DNA of 64,000 nucleotides, from the NCBI GenBank assembly GCA_965203325.1, contig OZ241875.1:3840001-3904000 (forward strand), in the 5' to 3' direction. The notes under the pieces are model-generated. The model saw only the letters and a program-made list of their open reading frames with translations. It did no database searches and was not told where the DNA came from. Shown one piece after another: positions 35,935 to 47,590 of the stretch (its first letter is position 1; each line of letters starts with the position of its first letter). The position numbers and the translations under genes were made by a program. Source of the DNA: a bacterium (lineage in GTDB: Bacteria; UBA8248).

Positions 35935-37364
35935 CAGTTCGCCACCTCCATCGTCTCGGTCGGGAACATCTCGTAGGGGTCGTCCGGGTAGACGACGTGG
36001 TTCAGGTTGAATCGGTATACGGGGCCTTTTTCGAGTTCCGCCGGGGTGAATGGAAACGCCAGCGTCGAAATGAGACCGCCCCACTCGGGGATGGGGTAGT
36101 GGAGCGCGAAATGGGCCAGCGTGGCCGCCATCGTATTGGCGGATACCTGATCCTCCGCCGTCACCTCGAAGAGGACGCCCACCTCGTGCGGAATCCGGCC
36201 GGCCTCTGGTTCGAGCGTCCCCATCACGGCGTCGCGCCCGAACACGCGGATAGTGAGTTGGTAGGCGGGTGGCGATTCGCGGTCGGGGAAGATTTCCTGA
36301 ACGCGCGTCTCGAAGCCCTCTCTTATGCCGTCGAGCCAGGAATCGAGTTGTTTGAGGATCATGGGGTCGCGCACCCCGCCGATGATCACCGACTGATAGC
36401 CGACGAGTTCGGCTCCTTCGAGCTTGATGGAATAGCGCTGCGCCGTGTGGAATTCGGAACCCGCCACGCGCACGGCGCGCTCGCTCTCCGCCGAATATGC
36501 CGAGCGGGTCGTATCGAGTACGCCCGCGGGTTCGGTAATGCGGTAAGGGTCCGTGTTCTCATACAGGGTGTGCGAGGCGACGCTCTGCGGGGTGCAGTAC
36601 ATCTGCGGGTTGAGCGGCTCGACCACGAAGTGATCGTCGCGAATCCAGGCGAAACAGCCATCCGGCCGCGCGCGGTGGACGGCGCAGGCGGCGCCGCATT
36701 CAAGAATCTTGGCCGCATGCCAGGAAAGGCCACGGTCGGCGCCCATCCGCACGGGATGGCAGGCGAAAACCGAGGTGTCCGAAGCCCTGCCGGTCAGCAC
36801 CACGTCCGCTCCTTGGTCGAGCGCCCGGGCGATGGGTTCATCGCCCATCATGCCCACGATGTGCGCGCTGTTCTCGATGATATCCTCATCGAGCGGGGGC
36901 GCCGGGTCGAGCGCCTGTATGCGGCCCTCTTTAAATTTTTTCTTGAGATAGGCCTTATCCTGCTCGCCGCGGACCAGTGCGAGGTTGAAGCTCAGGCCCT
37001 CCTCGCGGGCGATTTCGAGGCAAATGTTGCGCATCCACTCCAGCCCCGCGTCGCCGCCCGCCGTGCCGCAAGACCCTACGATCATGGGAACGCCCAGGCT
37101 CTCGCGTCCCCCGAGCATGAGCTTGAGATCTCGTTTCGTCGCCGAGCGGGAGAAGTTCGGTTTTCCCGCGCCGAGAAACGCGGGCCCGTTATCCGTCGAA
37201 CCCCCGTCGCAGGCGATGACGTGGGGTTTCATGGACAACCCGCGCTCGAAAGAGCTTTCAGGGAAACCGGAGCCGATGACGCCGCAAGGAGAGAGTACAC
37301 GCGCTTCCAAAATAGGGTCACTCCATTCTGGTGGGTTTGATGCGCATCCTGCTCCTGAAGACAC
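35934..37364 (-). CDS. Acyclic terpene utilization AtuA-family (DUF1446) protein
   Basis: DGGSTDNGP, GSCGTAG, GRASD, WHAAKILECGA; start uncertain. Confidence 0.85.
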   Translation of the reverse strand: MSSGAGCASNPPEWSDPILEARVLSPCGVIGSGFPESSFERGLSMKPHVIACDGGSTDNGPAFLGAGKPNFSRSATKRDLKLMLGGRESLGVPMIVGSCGTAGGDAGLEWMRNICLEIAREEGLSFNLALVRGEQDKAYLKKKFKEGRIQALDPAPPLDEDIIENSAHIVGMMGDEPIARALDQGADVVLTGRASDTSVFACHPVRMGADRGLSWHAAKILECGAACAVHRARPDGCFAWIRDDHFVVEPLNPQMYCTPQSVASHTLYENTDPYRITEPAGVLDTTRSAYSAESERAVRVAGSEFHTAQRYSIKLEGAELVGYQSVIIGGVRDPMILKQLDSWLDGIREGFETRVQEIFPDRESPPAYQLTIRVFGRDAVMGTLEPEAGRIPHEVGVLFEVTAEDQVSANTMAATLAHFALHYPIPEWGGLISTLAFPFTPAELEKGPVYRFNLNHVVYPDDPYEMFPTETMEVAN

Positions 37365-37473
37365 GCCCCGAGGCGGCCTTGTCGCCGGATGCTGCCATGT
37401 CGATATAGCGGTTGCGTATCCTACACCGGTTTTCTTGTAAGAGAAAGACAGAAGACGTATCCGGTGTCTGGTG

Positions 37474-38175
37474 CTATTCCTCGTTCAATTTTCTGCGCAC
37501 GGCGAGAAGCGCGGCGAGGTTGCTCGTCATCACGGGGAGATCCGGATAGCGGGCTTCAATTTTGGGCAGGGCGTCGACGGCGGGCAGGTTCGTGCAGGAG
37601 ATGAAAAGGCAATCCGCTTTTTTGAGATTCTCGTGAGAGAGTTTCTCTTCCGCGAACGCGAGGATTTTATCCGCCCGTGTGTTGCCGATCTCGATGTTGT
37701 CCGTTATTCCCATGCCGTCTATGGAGAGAACCTCCCGCCCGTCTTCTTCCAGGGACTCGCGTATGGGCCCGTTCAACTCGTCGACGTAGGGCGTGAGCAC
37801 CACGAGTTTCTTCGCGTTCATTTCGGCGAATTCACACGCGAGCGCCGAGAGAATGGTGGCCGTCTCCGCGCCGGTTTGCTCCTCGATTTGCGCTTTTATC
37901 TTCTGGTCGTGCGATTGCCCGAAGAGCGCGCCGCCCGACGTGCAGCCGAAGACGCAAAAATGCGGCTCCACCGTCTTGAGCATCCGGTTCGCTTCGGGCA
38001 GGGATTCTTCGAGCATCCGGATTTCGGCCTGTTTCGTCGTCTCGTCCAGGAACATGCGGGAGGTGGCGACGTAGACATCCTCGGGCAGGTTCTTGTGGAA
38101 ATCGCGCTCCATCGTGGCGTTCGAGGAGGGAACGAGAAGGCCAACGCGGTACTGGGTTTTATTTGTCGCGCTCAT
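37474..38175 (-). CDS. Maleate cis-trans isomerase / Asp-Glu racemase family protein
   Basis: GLLVPSSNATME, FGCTSG, LTPY, ISCTNL. Confidence 0.88.
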   Translation of the reverse strand: MSATNKTQYRVGLLVPSSNATMERDFHKNLPEDVYVATSRMFLDETTKQAEIRMLEESLPEANRMLKTVEPHFCVFGCTSGGALFGQSHDQKIKAQIEEQTGAETATILSALACEFAEMNAKKLVVLTPYVDELNGPIRESLEEDGREVLSIDGMGITDNIEIGNTRADKILAFAEEKLSHENLKKADCLFISCTNLPAVDALPKIEARYPDLPVMTSNLAALLAVRRKLNEE

Positions 38176-38392
38176 CACAGACTCCGGAGCAACTGATGGG
38201 TTCAGGGATTGTAGAGCAATTCGTGAGGTGAGCAAAACGGAACCGGCGAGGTCGTTGCGTCCGCGACGCGGCATTGCTTCATCGATATACGCGTCGCCTC
38301 GCCTAGAAAACGAAGGTGTTGTAAAACTTGGGGTGCGACGCGCTTTTGGCCGTTTGCGATGAAATATCTCTGAAGAGCCGGAAGGGAATTTC

Positions 38393-39544
38393 GTGGACTT
38401 TCAACTCGAAGAATCGGAGCGCCTGCTCCGGCAGACGGCGCGTGAGTTGGCTTTGAGGGAATTCGCAGGGGACGCCTTCTCCTATGCCAGGACGGGCGAA
38501 TACCCCCGGCGCTCGATGAAGGTGCTGGCCGAACACGGCATGATGGGCATGACGGTGGCCGAACCCCACGGAGGGGGGCAATCGATCTTCGAGGCCTGCC
38601 TGGTGATGGAGGCAGTCTCGCAGGTATGCCCCCACAGCGGCGACGTGGTGCAGATGGGGAACATGGGGCCCATCCGCGTGATAGACGAGTTGGGCTCCGC
38701 CGAGCAGAAAGAGCGGTTTCTGCCCCCGATATGCCGGGGGGAGAGGATCGTCTCCATCAGCATGACGGAGCCCGACGCCGGCTCGGCCGCCACGGATTTA
38801 CAGACCACGGCGGAATATGGCGGCGAGAGCGTCCTCGTGAACGGCCAGAAGTGCTTCAGCTCCAACGCGCCGCACGCGGATTTGTTCGTCGTCTACGTCC
38901 GCTTCGGCCCCAGGACGCGCGATTGCGGCGCCGTCGTGGTGGAGACGGGAACGCCCGGCTTCACGAAGGGGAAAACTGAGCACTATATGAGCGGGGAGGC
39001 GCACTGCGCGCTTCATTTCGAGAACGCACGTATCCCCAGGGAGAACGTGCTGGTGGATGAGGAGGGTTTCCGGGTCCTCATGCCCGTGTTCAACGTGGAG
39101 CGGCTCGGCAACGCCACGCGCTGTCTGGCCCTGGCGCAGGCGGCCTACGACATGACGGTCGCCCACACCAGCGAGAGGCGCCAGTTCGGCCGCCCCCTGT
39201 GCGAGTTTCAGGGCGTGCAGTGGATGGTGGCGGACATGCGGGTGAAGCTCGAAGCGGCGCGCCTGCTCTTATACCGCGCGCTCTCGAACGCGCGCGCGGG
39301 CCTGCCCTCGGCGGTGGAGACGACGAGCGCCAAACTCTACTGCAACGAGATGGCGAGGCAGGTCGCCGACGACGCGATTCAGCTTCACGGCGGCTATGGC
39401 TTTTCGGCCGAGATGCCGCTCGAGTTCCTCTACCGCAAGATTCGCGGGTGGTCCATCGCGGGCGGCTCCACCGAGATGCTGAGAAACCGCCTAGCTTCCC
39501 TTATATACGAACGCCCCTTCAGCCAGCGCCCGCCAAAAGCGTAG
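38393..39544 (+). CDS. Acyl-CoA dehydrogenase
   Basis: MTEPDAGS, NGQKCF, RRQFG, QLHGGYG. Confidence 0.93.
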   Translation: MDFQLEESERLLRQTARELALREFAGDAFSYARTGEYPRRSMKVLAEHGMMGMTVAEPHGGGQSIFEACLVMEAVSQVCPHSGDVVQMGNMGPIRVIDELGSAEQKERFLPPICRGERIVSISMTEPDAGSAATDLQTTAEYGGESVLVNGQKCFSSNAPHADLFVVYVRFGPRTRDCGAVVVETGTPGFTKGKTEHYMSGEAHCALHFENARIPRENVLVDEEGFRVLMPVFNVERLGNATRCLALAQAAYDMTVAHTSERRQFGRPLCEFQGVQWMVADMRVKLEAARLLLYRALSNARAGLPSAVETTSAKLYCNEMARQVADDAIQLHGGYGFSAEMPLEFLYRKIRGWSIAGGSTEMLRNRLASLIYERPFSQRPPKA

Positions 39545-39581
39545 TTTTCCTCACCATGAGTTTTTGGGGACTCACCCGATC

Positions 39582-41693
39582 ATGAAACGCCCCACCAAAG
39601 AGAGCCTTGCCCGTCTCCTATCGCCTGAATCTGTTGCGGTCGTCGGGGCGTCGGCGAACCTGGAGCAATTCAACGGCCGCGTGGTGAAAAACCTGCTGCG
39701 CCACGGCTATGTGGGCAGGGTCTATCCCGTGAACCCCAAATACGAGGAAGTGGCCGGGCTGCGCTGCCGGCCCCGGCTCGATGCGCTTCCCGAGACGCCC
39801 GACGTCGCCTTCATCACCGTGGGACGAGAGCGCGTGGCGGGCGTTTTGGCCGAGTGCGCCGATGCGGGGGTGGGCGCGGCCATCATCTATACCGGCGGTT
39901 TTTCCGAGGCCGATGAGGCGGGCGCGCGCCTGGAGGCCGAAATCCGGCGCATCGCCCGAGATACGGGGATACGGGTCTGCGGGCCGAACACGGCGGGCGT
40001 ACACAATTTTCATCACAACTTTCACCTGGCGGGCCTGATCGCGCTCGACGTGGAGGAGATGCTGCCGGGGAGGGTCGGGGTGGTCTGCCAAAGCGGTAGC
40101 ATCGGCGGCGCTTTGCTCTCGCGCGCGACGCAGCGCGGGGTGGGGTTCAGCCATCTCATCTCCTGCGGCAACGAGATCGATCTGGAACTCTCCGATTATC
40201 TCGATTATCTCATCGACGACCCCCACACCCGCGCCGTCGCGGTCTATCTCGAAGGGGTGCGCGACGGAGAAAAATTCAAAAAAGTGTTCGAAAAGGCGTT
40301 GCAGCGGGAAAAACCCATAGTCGCCCTGAAAGTGGGGGAAGCAAGCGAGGGGGAGCGCGCGGCCCTGAGTCACACAGGCGCCATGGTGGGTGAAGAGGGG
40401 GTGTATGAGGCGCTGTTCCGAAAATGGGGTGTCACGCGGGTGGATGACCTCGAAGCGCTTTTCGAGGTCGCCCACATGTTCTGCGTATCGGCGCTTCCTG
40501 AGGGAGAGCGCGTAGGCATTGTGACGACGACGGGCGGCGCCGGCGCATTGATGGCCGATAAGTGCGGCGCCTTGGGCTTGGAAATCGCCGAGACAGATGA
40601 CGCGCTCAGCGCCCGGATGCAGGAAAAACACCCCGCGTTCGGGCGGATAGAGAATCCGCTCGACACCACCATCGCCGATATTCACCTGTATTCTGATTTT
40701 CTGGAATCTTTTCTGGAAAGCGGCTGCTTCGACGCGGTGGTTCCCATCGTGGGCTCGAGTGCGCAGTTTCGGCCCGAGATGGGCGTCGAGCCCATCGTGC
40801 GGCTCAAGCGAGTGAGCCCCGGCGTTCCCATGCTGGCCTACTTCAATCCCCATGCGGAAGATGCGCACAGGCTCCTGGCGAGGGAGGGAATCGCCTCTTT
40901 TCAGTCCATCTCGGGCTGCGCCCGCGCGGCGGCGGCCCTGGTCCGGTATGGGAAGGTTTTGAGGAGGGAGAAAAAAAGCGCGCCAAGACTCGCGTCTCAA
41001 GCGCCGTCTCCCTCGATAACGGAAAGGCTGTCGACCGCCGGGACTCTGAACGAGGCGCAATCTCTGGCGCTCGTCCGTGATTTCGGCCTGCCCGTGGTGG
41101 CCCATCGGTTTTGCCGTTCGAAAGATGAGGCCCGAAGCGCGGCGCGCGATTTGCGCTTCCCGCTCGTTTTGAAAGGAGTTTCCTCGAAAATTCACCACAA
41201 GTCTGAGTGGGGGCTGGTGAAAACGGGCATCGGTGATGAGGCGGCTTTTGAGGGCGCGCTTGTGGAAATCGCGGGCCTTTGGGAGAAGTGTGGCCTGAAA
41301 GGCTATTTGCTTCAGGAGCACGTCGGGGACGGTGTGGAATTCTTGCTCGGCGTGAAGAAGGACTCTCAGTTCGGCCCTGTGGTGACGATTGGACTCGGTG
41401 GCCCGGATGTGGAGCTACTCGACGACGTGAGCACCCGCGTAGCCCCGCTCACGCTCGATGACGCTTGCGAGATGATGGATGAGCTGAAAAGCAAGAAGAT
41501 TTTCGGGAGCCACCGGGGGCGCGGGCCGCTGGATAAGGCGGCGTTCGCCGAGGCTGTCTGCCGCGTGGGAGAGCTTGCTTTCGCTCACCGCGAGCAGATT
41601 GAGGAGATGGATTTGAACCCCGTTTTCCTGTGCGAAAAGGGCAGGGGATGCCTGGTGGCGGATGCGCTCATCATCACGGCAAATGATACCTGA
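39582..41693 (+). CDS. ADP-forming acyl-CoA synthetase (acetate-CoA ligase family)
   Basis: VAVVGAS, YPVNP, GPNT, SHTG, HKSE, DLNP. Confidence 0.9.
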   Translation: MKRPTKESLARLLSPESVAVVGASANLEQFNGRVVKNLLRHGYVGRVYPVNPKYEEVAGLRCRPRLDALPETPDVAFITVGRERVAGVLAECADAGVGAAIIYTGGFSEADEAGARLEAEIRRIARDTGIRVCGPNTAGVHNFHHNFHLAGLIALDVEEMLPGRVGVVCQSGSIGGALLSRATQRGVGFSHLISCGNEIDLELSDYLDYLIDDPHTRAVAVYLEGVRDGEKFKKVFEKALQREKPIVALKVGEASEGERAALSHTGAMVGEEGVYEALFRKWGVTRVDDLEALFEVAHMFCVSALPEGERVGIVTTTGGAGALMADKCGALGLEIAETDDALSARMQEKHPAFGRIENPLDTTIADIHLYSDFLESFLESGCFDAVVPIVGSSAQFRPEMGVEPIVRLKRVSPGVPMLAYFNPHAEDAHRLLAREGIASFQSISGCARAAAALVRYGKVLRREKKSAPRLASQAPSPSITERLSTAGTLNEAQSLALVRDFGLPVVAHRFCRSKDEARSAARDLRFPLVLKGVSSKIHHKSEWGLVKTGIGDEAAFEGALVEIAGLWEKCGLKGYLLQEHVGDGVEFLLGVKKDSQFGPVVTIGLGGPDVELLDDVSTRVAPLTLDDACEMMDELKSKKIFGSHRGRGPLDKAAFAEAVCRVGELAFAHREQIEEMDLNPVFLCEKGRGCLVADALIITANDT

Positions 41694-41866
41694 CACGCGT
41701 TCATGCAACTCGCTTAGCGGCAGAAGTAAGACTGCGCCTATAGGGCCGAAAATCGCCGATTGACTTTGCAGTCAACAAGATTTAGTGTTCCCCAGACCTT
41801 GGATTCACAAGGAATCAAAAGACATTTTGTGGGATTTTCCGGCTGGTTTCGTAAGGATAAGGGTCT

Positions 41867-42856
41867 TTGAGCGCGCTTCTGGAAATCGAAGACTTGAGAA
41901 CGCATTTTTTCACCACCTCCGGCGTCGTCAAGGCGGTCAACGGCATCTCCTACGATGTCCAGGAAGGCGAGACGGTGGCGATAGTCGGCGAGTCGGGCTG
42001 CGGGAAGTCCGTCAGCGCACTCTCTGTTCTCGGCCTCATTCCGAACCCGCCCGGCCGCATTGTCGGGGGCTCGATCCGCTTCCAGAGCGAGGACCTGATC
42101 GGGCTGGACGATCTCCAGATCAGGAACATCCGGGGCCGCCAGATCGGCATGATTTTCCAGGAGCCCATGACATCCCTGAACCCCGTGTTGACCATCGGAT
42201 TGCAGCTCACCGAGACGATGGAGCACCACCTCGGCATGGACAGGGCCGACGCGGAGAAAAAGGCGGTCGAATATCTGCGCCTCGTGGGCATCTCCGAACC
42301 CGAGCGGCGCATGCGGCAATATCCTCACCACCTGAGCGGCGGGATGCGTCAGAGGGTGATGATCGCGATGGCGCTTTGCTGCGAGCCGAAGCTCATCATC
42401 GCCGATGAGCCGACGACGGCCCTCGACGTCACCATCCAGGCCCAGATTCTCGAGTTGATGAAAAACCTCACCAAGCGCATGGGCGTGGCCCTCATCATCA
42501 TCACGCACAACCTGGGCGTGGTGGCCCGGTATGCGGACCGCGTGAACGTCATGTACGCCGGAAAAATCATCGAGCGCGGCCTGGCGGCCGACATCTACCG
42601 CGAGCCCCGGCACCCATACACCCTGGGGCTGCTGAGTTCCGTGCCGAGGCTCGACCAGCCAAGACAACAGCGCCTGGACCCCATCGACGGCCAGCCGCCC
42701 GACCTCACGAGGCTGGGGGAGGGCTGCTCTTTCCTGCCCCGGTGCAAATTCGCCGTGGACAGGTGCGTGAGCGAAACGCCGCCGCTCGAAACCATCGGGG
42801 ACGGCCATCTCTCCGCTTGCTGGGAACAGGAAAACCTCGAAACGGCGAGAGGATGA
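41867..42856 (+). CDS. Peptide/nickel ABC transporter ATP-binding protein (OppD/DppD-like)
   Basis: [22 protein letters not shown]. Confidence 0.95.
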   Translation: MSALLEIEDLRTHFFTTSGVVKAVNGISYDVQEGETVAIVGESGCGKSVSALSVLGLIPNPPGRIVGGSIRFQSEDLIGLDDLQIRNIRGRQIGMIFQEPMTSLNPVLTIGLQLTETMEHHLGMDRADAEKKAVEYLRLVGISEPERRMRQYPHHLSGGMRQRVMIAMALCCEPKLIIADEPTTALDVTIQAQILELMKNLTKRMGVALIIITHNLGVVARYADRVNVMYAGKIIERGLAADIYREPRHPYTLGLLSSVPRLDQPRQQRLDPIDGQPPDLTRLGEGCSFLPRCKFAVDRCVSETPPLETIGDGHLSACWEQENLETARG

Positions 42857-42860
42857 ACGA

Positions 42861-43895
42861 ATGACTCCCGACGCATCCGCACTCGCAAGTGGCGCTCGAC
42901 TCACCCGAAATGGTGAGTCCGGCGACGTGCTCGTGAACGTGAAGGGACTCAAGATGCACTTTCCCATCACCGAGGGCATCGTGTTCAATAAGCTCGTCGG
43001 GCTCGTGAAGGCGGTGGACGGGGTGGATTTCCACATCAGGCGCGGCGAGACGCTGGGGCTCGTGGGCGAGAGCGGCTGCGGGAAGACGACGACCGGCAGG
43101 TGCATTCTTCAACTCGAACGGCCCACGGAGGGCGAGATATTCTTCGAGGGCGTCGATTTGACGAAACTCGATCAGGTGGCGCTGCGCGAGTACCGGCAGA
43201 AAATCCAGGTTATCTTCCAGGACCCTTACAGCTCGCTGAACCCGCGCATGAAGATCGGCGAGATGATAGACGAGCCCATGTACGTCCACGGCATCGAACC
43301 CGACGCGCAGAAGAGAAAGCAGAGAGTCAGCGAACTGCTCAGCGTATGCGGGCTCAATCCCAAGATGGCGGACAGATACCCCCACGAGATGAGCGGCGGG
43401 CAGCGCCAGCGTGTGGGAATCGCCCGGGCCTTGAGCCTCAAGCCTGATTTCATCATCTGCGATGAACCCGTCTCGGCGCTCGACGTGTCCATTCAGGCGC
43501 AAATCATCAATTTGCTAGAAGATTTAAGAGAAGAATATAATCTCACTTACCTGTTTATCGCGCACGATTTGAGCGTGGTGCGCCACCTTTGTCACCGGGT
43601 GGCGGTGATGTATCTGGGCCGGATCGTGGAGTTGGCGGATTGCGACGAGTTGTACGACAATCCCATGCACCCCTATACGCGGGCGTTGCTTTCCGCCGTT
43701 CCGGTGCCGGACCCGGAAATCGAGCAGAACCGCGACATCAGTTTCGTCGCGGGAGAGGTGCCGAGTCCGATAAATCCGCCTCCGGGTTGTGTGTTTCATC
43801 CCCGGTGCCCCATCGCGGTGGAGAGTTGTTCACAAGAAACGCCCGCGTTACGAGAGCTGAAACCGGGCCATTGGGTGGCCTGTACGGAAGTCTGA
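42861..43895 (+). CDS. Peptide/nickel ABC transporter ATP-binding protein (OppF/DppF-like)
   Basis: [22 protein letters not shown]. Confidence 0.95.
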   Translation: MTPDASALASGARLTRNGESGDVLVNVKGLKMHFPITEGIVFNKLVGLVKAVDGVDFHIRRGETLGLVGESGCGKTTTGRCILQLERPTEGEIFFEGVDLTKLDQVALREYRQKIQVIFQDPYSSLNPRMKIGEMIDEPMYVHGIEPDAQKRKQRVSELLSVCGLNPKMADRYPHEMSGGQRQRVGIARALSLKPDFIICDEPVSALDVSIQAQIINLLEDLREEYNLTYLFIAHDLSVVRHLCHRVAVMYLGRIVELADCDELYDNPMHPYTRALLSAVPVPDPEIEQNRDISFVAGEVPSPINPPPGCVFHPRCPIAVESCSQETPALRELKPGHWVACTEV

Positions 43896-43977
43896 AATTT
43901 TTTGCATTTGTAGTTTCGTTCGTTTTTGATTAGCGATGTAAGAATTTTCACCCGAGGAACATGAAAGGAGATTTCAC

Positions 43978-45597
43978 ATGAGAAACACCCGAATGAAAAC
44001 CCTGCTGATTGCGGCGGTGGTGTTCGCCGTGGCGCTGTGGAGTTTTGCTCCCGCCGAGGCGGCCCCCAAAAAGGGCGGCACGCTCAAGTTCGTCGTCGGC
44101 AGCAAGATTCCCTCCTACGACGGCCACATCGAATCCACCTTCGGGATGATTCACCCGATTCGCCCCTTCTACAGCCTGCTGATTCGCGTGAATCCCGACA
44201 ACCCCGCATCGCCGACGGATTTCGTCTGCGACGTGTGCGAGGGCGGAATTCCGGCGCCGACCGAAGGGCATACGAAGTACACCTTCAAGATCCGCGGCGA
44301 CATCACGTTCCACAACGGTCAGAAACTCACCTCGGCGGACGTGAAGGCGACCTATGACAAGATCATCAGCCCGCCGAAGGGCATCGAGAGCAACCGCAAG
44401 GCGTTTTTCAGCATGGTGGAATCCGTCACCGCGCCGGACCCGAAGACGCTGGTGTTCAAGCTGAAATACCCCACGGGCGCCTTCGTACCTGCGCTGGCGC
44501 TGCCCTACAACTTCATCTACTCGAAGGCCGATCTCGACAAGCACGGCTACAAGTGGCATCAGAAGAACGTGAACGGCACGGGCGCCTTCCGCTTCGTGCA
44601 GCACCAGCCGGGCGCGTTCGTCGAGGGCAAGCGGTATGAGAAATACCACCACAAGGGCAAACCCCATCTCGACGGCTACCGGGCGATCTCCGCTCCCAAG
44701 ATGGCCATTCGCCTCCAGGCGATTCGCGGCGACCGCGCGGCCATCGAATTCCGCGGCTTCCCGCCCAAGGCGCGCGACGACCTCAAGAAGGCGCTGGGCG
44801 ACAAGCTTACCGTCCAGGAGAGCGACTGGAACTGCAACCTCATGGTGACGCCCAACCACAAGCGTAAACCCTTCGACGACGCGCGCGTGCGCCGGGCGCT
44901 GACGCTGGCGATCGACCGCTGGGGCGGCTCGAAGTACCTCTCGCGCATCGCCATCGTCAAGACCGTGGGCGGCGTGGTTTTCCCGAAACACCCCCTCGCG
45001 GCCACGAAAGAGGAATTGACGAAAATCGCGGGCTACTGGCCGGACATCAATAAATCCCGCGCCGAGGCCAAGAGGCTCCTCAAGGAAGCCGGCTACCCGA
45101 ACGGCTTCGAGTTCACCCTGCACAACCGGGGCGTGGACCAGCCCTACAAGGTCGTAGGCACCTGGGTCATCGACCAGTGGCGGAAGATCGGACTCAAGGT
45201 CAAGCAGTGGGTGCAGCCCTCAGGACCTTTCTACGCCACGCTGCGCAAGAAGAAGAACTTCGACGTGTCGATCGACTTCAACTGCCAGTCGGTCATCAAC
45301 CCGCTGGTGGACGTCTCGAAATTCATCTCCGACGACAAGGCGGGCAACCAGTACGCGCAGTACCAGGACCGCCAGCTCGACAAGTGGTTCGAAGAGATGA
45401 ACAAAGAGCCCGACGTGAAGAAGCAGCGCGCCATCATGCGCAAGTATGAAAAGCGCGCGCTCGACGAGATGGCGCACCAGTTCGTGACGCTCTGGTGGTA
45501 CAAGATCAACCCCCACCGAAGCTACGTGAAGGGTTGGAAGATTGCGCCGAGCCACTACCTGAACCAGCATCTGGACAACGTCTGGATCGAGAAATAG
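43978..45597 (+). CDS. ABC transporter substrate-binding protein, family 5
   Basis: Signal peptide; FHNGQKLTSADVKAT, NGTGAF, DARVRRAL. Confidence 0.93.
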   Translation: MRNTRMKTLLIAAVVFAVALWSFAPAEAAPKKGGTLKFVVGSKIPSYDGHIESTFGMIHPIRPFYSLLIRVNPDNPASPTDFVCDVCEGGIPAPTEGHTKYTFKIRGDITFHNGQKLTSADVKATYDKIISPPKGIESNRKAFFSMVESVTAPDPKTLVFKLKYPTGAFVPALALPYNFIYSKADLDKHGYKWHQKNVNGTGAFRFVQHQPGAFVEGKRYEKYHHKGKPHLDGYRAISAPKMAIRLQAIRGDRAAIEFRGFPPKARDDLKKALGDKLTVQESDWNCNLMVTPNHKRKPFDDARVRRALTLAIDRWGGSKYLSRIAIVKTVGGVVFPKHPLAATKEELTKIAGYWPDINKSRAEAKRLLKEAGYPNGFEFTLHNRGVDQPYKVVGTWVIDQWRKIGLKVKQWVQPSGPFYATLRKKKNFDVSIDFNCQSVINPLVDVSKFISDDKAGNQYAQYQDRQLDKWFEEMNKEPDVKKQRAIMRKYEKRALDEMAHQFVTLWWYKINPHRSYVKGWKIAPSHYLNQHLDNVWIEK

Positions 45598-45706
45598 GCC
45601 GCATCGCCTCCCTCGCCGCCCGGTCGCCGGGCGGCGGGGGAGGGGGCGCTCCTCGGGGTCTCGGCTCCGAGAGTAGTGCACCGCGTGAATCGCAAGGACG
45701 CACGAA

Positions 45707-46678
45707 TTGTACAAATACACGATCAAGAGAATCCTGCTCATGTTCCCCACGCTCCTGGGAGCGGCGGTGCTGGTGTTCTTCATGCTTCGCCTGATACCCG
45801 GCGACGTGTGCGAACTCCGCATGGCCGGCACGGGCATGTACGTGGACAAGGAAGCGATAGCGACGTGCCAGCAGAACCTGGGGATAGACGCCCCCATCTA
45901 CGTGCAGTTCATCGATTTCATCACCGGGTTCTTCACGTTCGATCTGGGCAACTCCATGTGGACGGGCAAGCCGATATTGCATGAGATCGGCCTGCGCTTC
46001 GAACTCTCGCTGCAGGTCGCCATCATGGCGACGCTCACGGCCACCATCATCGCCATTCCGCTGGGCACGATATCCGCCATCAAGCAGGACACGTGGATCG
46101 ACTACGTCGTGCGCTCGTTCAGCATCGCGGGCATCGCCATGCCCTCTTTCTGGCTGGGCATTCTTATCATCCTCGGCCTTTTGATCATGACGCAGAAATT
46201 CTTCGGCAACCCCTGGATGCCGCCGATTCACTACACCCCGATATGGGAGGACCCGGTGGCGAACCTGTCGCAGCTCATCTGGCCTGCCGTCGCGACGGGT
46301 TATCGGTATTCCGCCGTCGCCACGCGCATGACGCGCTCCGCGCTTCTGGAGGTTCTGCGGGAGGATTACGTGCGCACCGCCCGCGCCAAGGGGCTGCTGG
46401 AAAAACTCATCATCAACCGCCATGCGCTCAAGAACTCGCTTCTGCCGGTGGCGACTATTATCGGCCTGGAATTCGCCTTCCTGATGGGCGGGCTGGTGGT
46501 GACCGAGCAGGTCTTCAACCTGAACGGCCTGGGGAAACTATTCGTCGAGTCGGTGACGAACCACGACTACACCATGACGCAATCGCTCGTCATGCTCGTG
46601 GCCGTCGTTTTCATCTTTACGAACCTGTTCATCGACATCCTCTATGCGTGGCTCGACCCGCGCATCCGGTACAGCTAG
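45707..46678 (+). CDS. ABC transporter permease (OppB/DppB-like)
   Basis: DYVRTARAKG, LDPRIR. Confidence 0.95.
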   Translation: MYKYTIKRILLMFPTLLGAAVLVFFMLRLIPGDVCELRMAGTGMYVDKEAIATCQQNLGIDAPIYVQFIDFITGFFTFDLGNSMWTGKPILHEIGLRFELSLQVAIMATLTATIIAIPLGTISAIKQDTWIDYVVRSFSIAGIAMPSFWLGILIILGLLIMTQKFFGNPWMPPIHYTPIWEDPVANLSQLIWPAVATGYRYSAVATRMTRSALLEVLREDYVRTARAKGLLEKLIINRHALKNSLLPVATIIGLEFAFLMGGLVVTEQVFNLNGLGKLFVESVTNHDYTMTQSLVMLVAVVFIFTNLFIDILYAWLDPRIRYS

Positions 46679-46681
46679 GAG

Positions 46682-47590
46682 TTGCGCATGGCGTCCCCGA
46701 GCGATCTCGCCGTCTCCGAGATGGATTTCGACGCGCTTACGGAGCGCTCTTGGCTCGACAAGATGAAGGATACCGCGAGGAAAAAGCCGCTGGGCGCCGT
46801 GAGCGCATGCGCCGTCTTCGCGATGATCCTGGTGGCCGCGTTGGCGAACGCGATCACCTTCTACGACCCGGTGCAGAACGCCTTCGACAGCATGCACGTC
46901 GCCCCGGGCGCGGCGCACTGGTTCGGGACGGACCAGTTCGGGCGCGACATATTCACGCGCATCGTATTCGGCGCCAGAACGGCGCTGTTCGTGGGCTTTG
47001 CGGCCTCGATTCTGGGCTCCACCGCCGGCCTCATCCTGGGCGTGGGGAGTGCTTATTTCGGCGGGCGCTTCGACCTCATCTTTCAGCGCTTCATGGACAT
47101 CTTCATCTCGTTTCCGCTTATCATCATGGCGCTCTCGGTGGTTTCCATCTTCGGCACGGGGACGCAGAACGTGATTCTGGCCATCACGATTCCGCTCATC
47201 CCCCGGTGCGCCCGCGTGGTGCGCTCGAGCGCGCTCGCGATCCGCGAGATTCCCTACGTGGACGCCGCGCGCGCGCTCGGCTTCGCGCACGTTCGCATCA
47301 TCTTCCGGCACATGATCCCCAACGTCATGGCGCCCTATCTCATCATGCTCACTTCTTTTCTCGGCCAGGCGATTCTGCTCGAAGCCTCGCTCTCCTATCT
47401 CGGACTCGGCGTGCAGGAACCGACACCCGCCTGGGGGCTGATGCTTCAGGGGGGTGCCGAGGAATACGCCGAAAGCGCGCCGTGGATTCCCGTTTTTCCC
47501 GGACTCGCCATCACCGCCGCCGTCTTCGCCTTCAACCTCTTCGGCGACGCCGTACGCGACACGCTCGACCCCAGACTGCGCTCCGAGTAG
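46682..47590 (+). CDS. ABC transporter permease (OppC/DppC-like)
   Basis: GTDQFGRD, YVDAARALG, LDPR. Confidence 0.95.
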   Translation: MRMASPSDLAVSEMDFDALTERSWLDKMKDTARKKPLGAVSACAVFAMILVAALANAITFYDPVQNAFDSMHVAPGAAHWFGTDQFGRDIFTRIVFGARTALFVGFAASILGSTAGLILGVGSAYFGGRFDLIFQRFMDIFISFPLIIMALSVVSIFGTGTQNVILAITIPLIPRCARVVRSSALAIREIPYVDAARALGFAHVRIIFRHMIPNVMAPYLIMLTSFLGQAILLEASLSYLGLGVQEPTPAWGLMLQGGAEEYAESAPWIPVFPGLAITAAVFAFNLFGDAVRDTLDPRLRSE

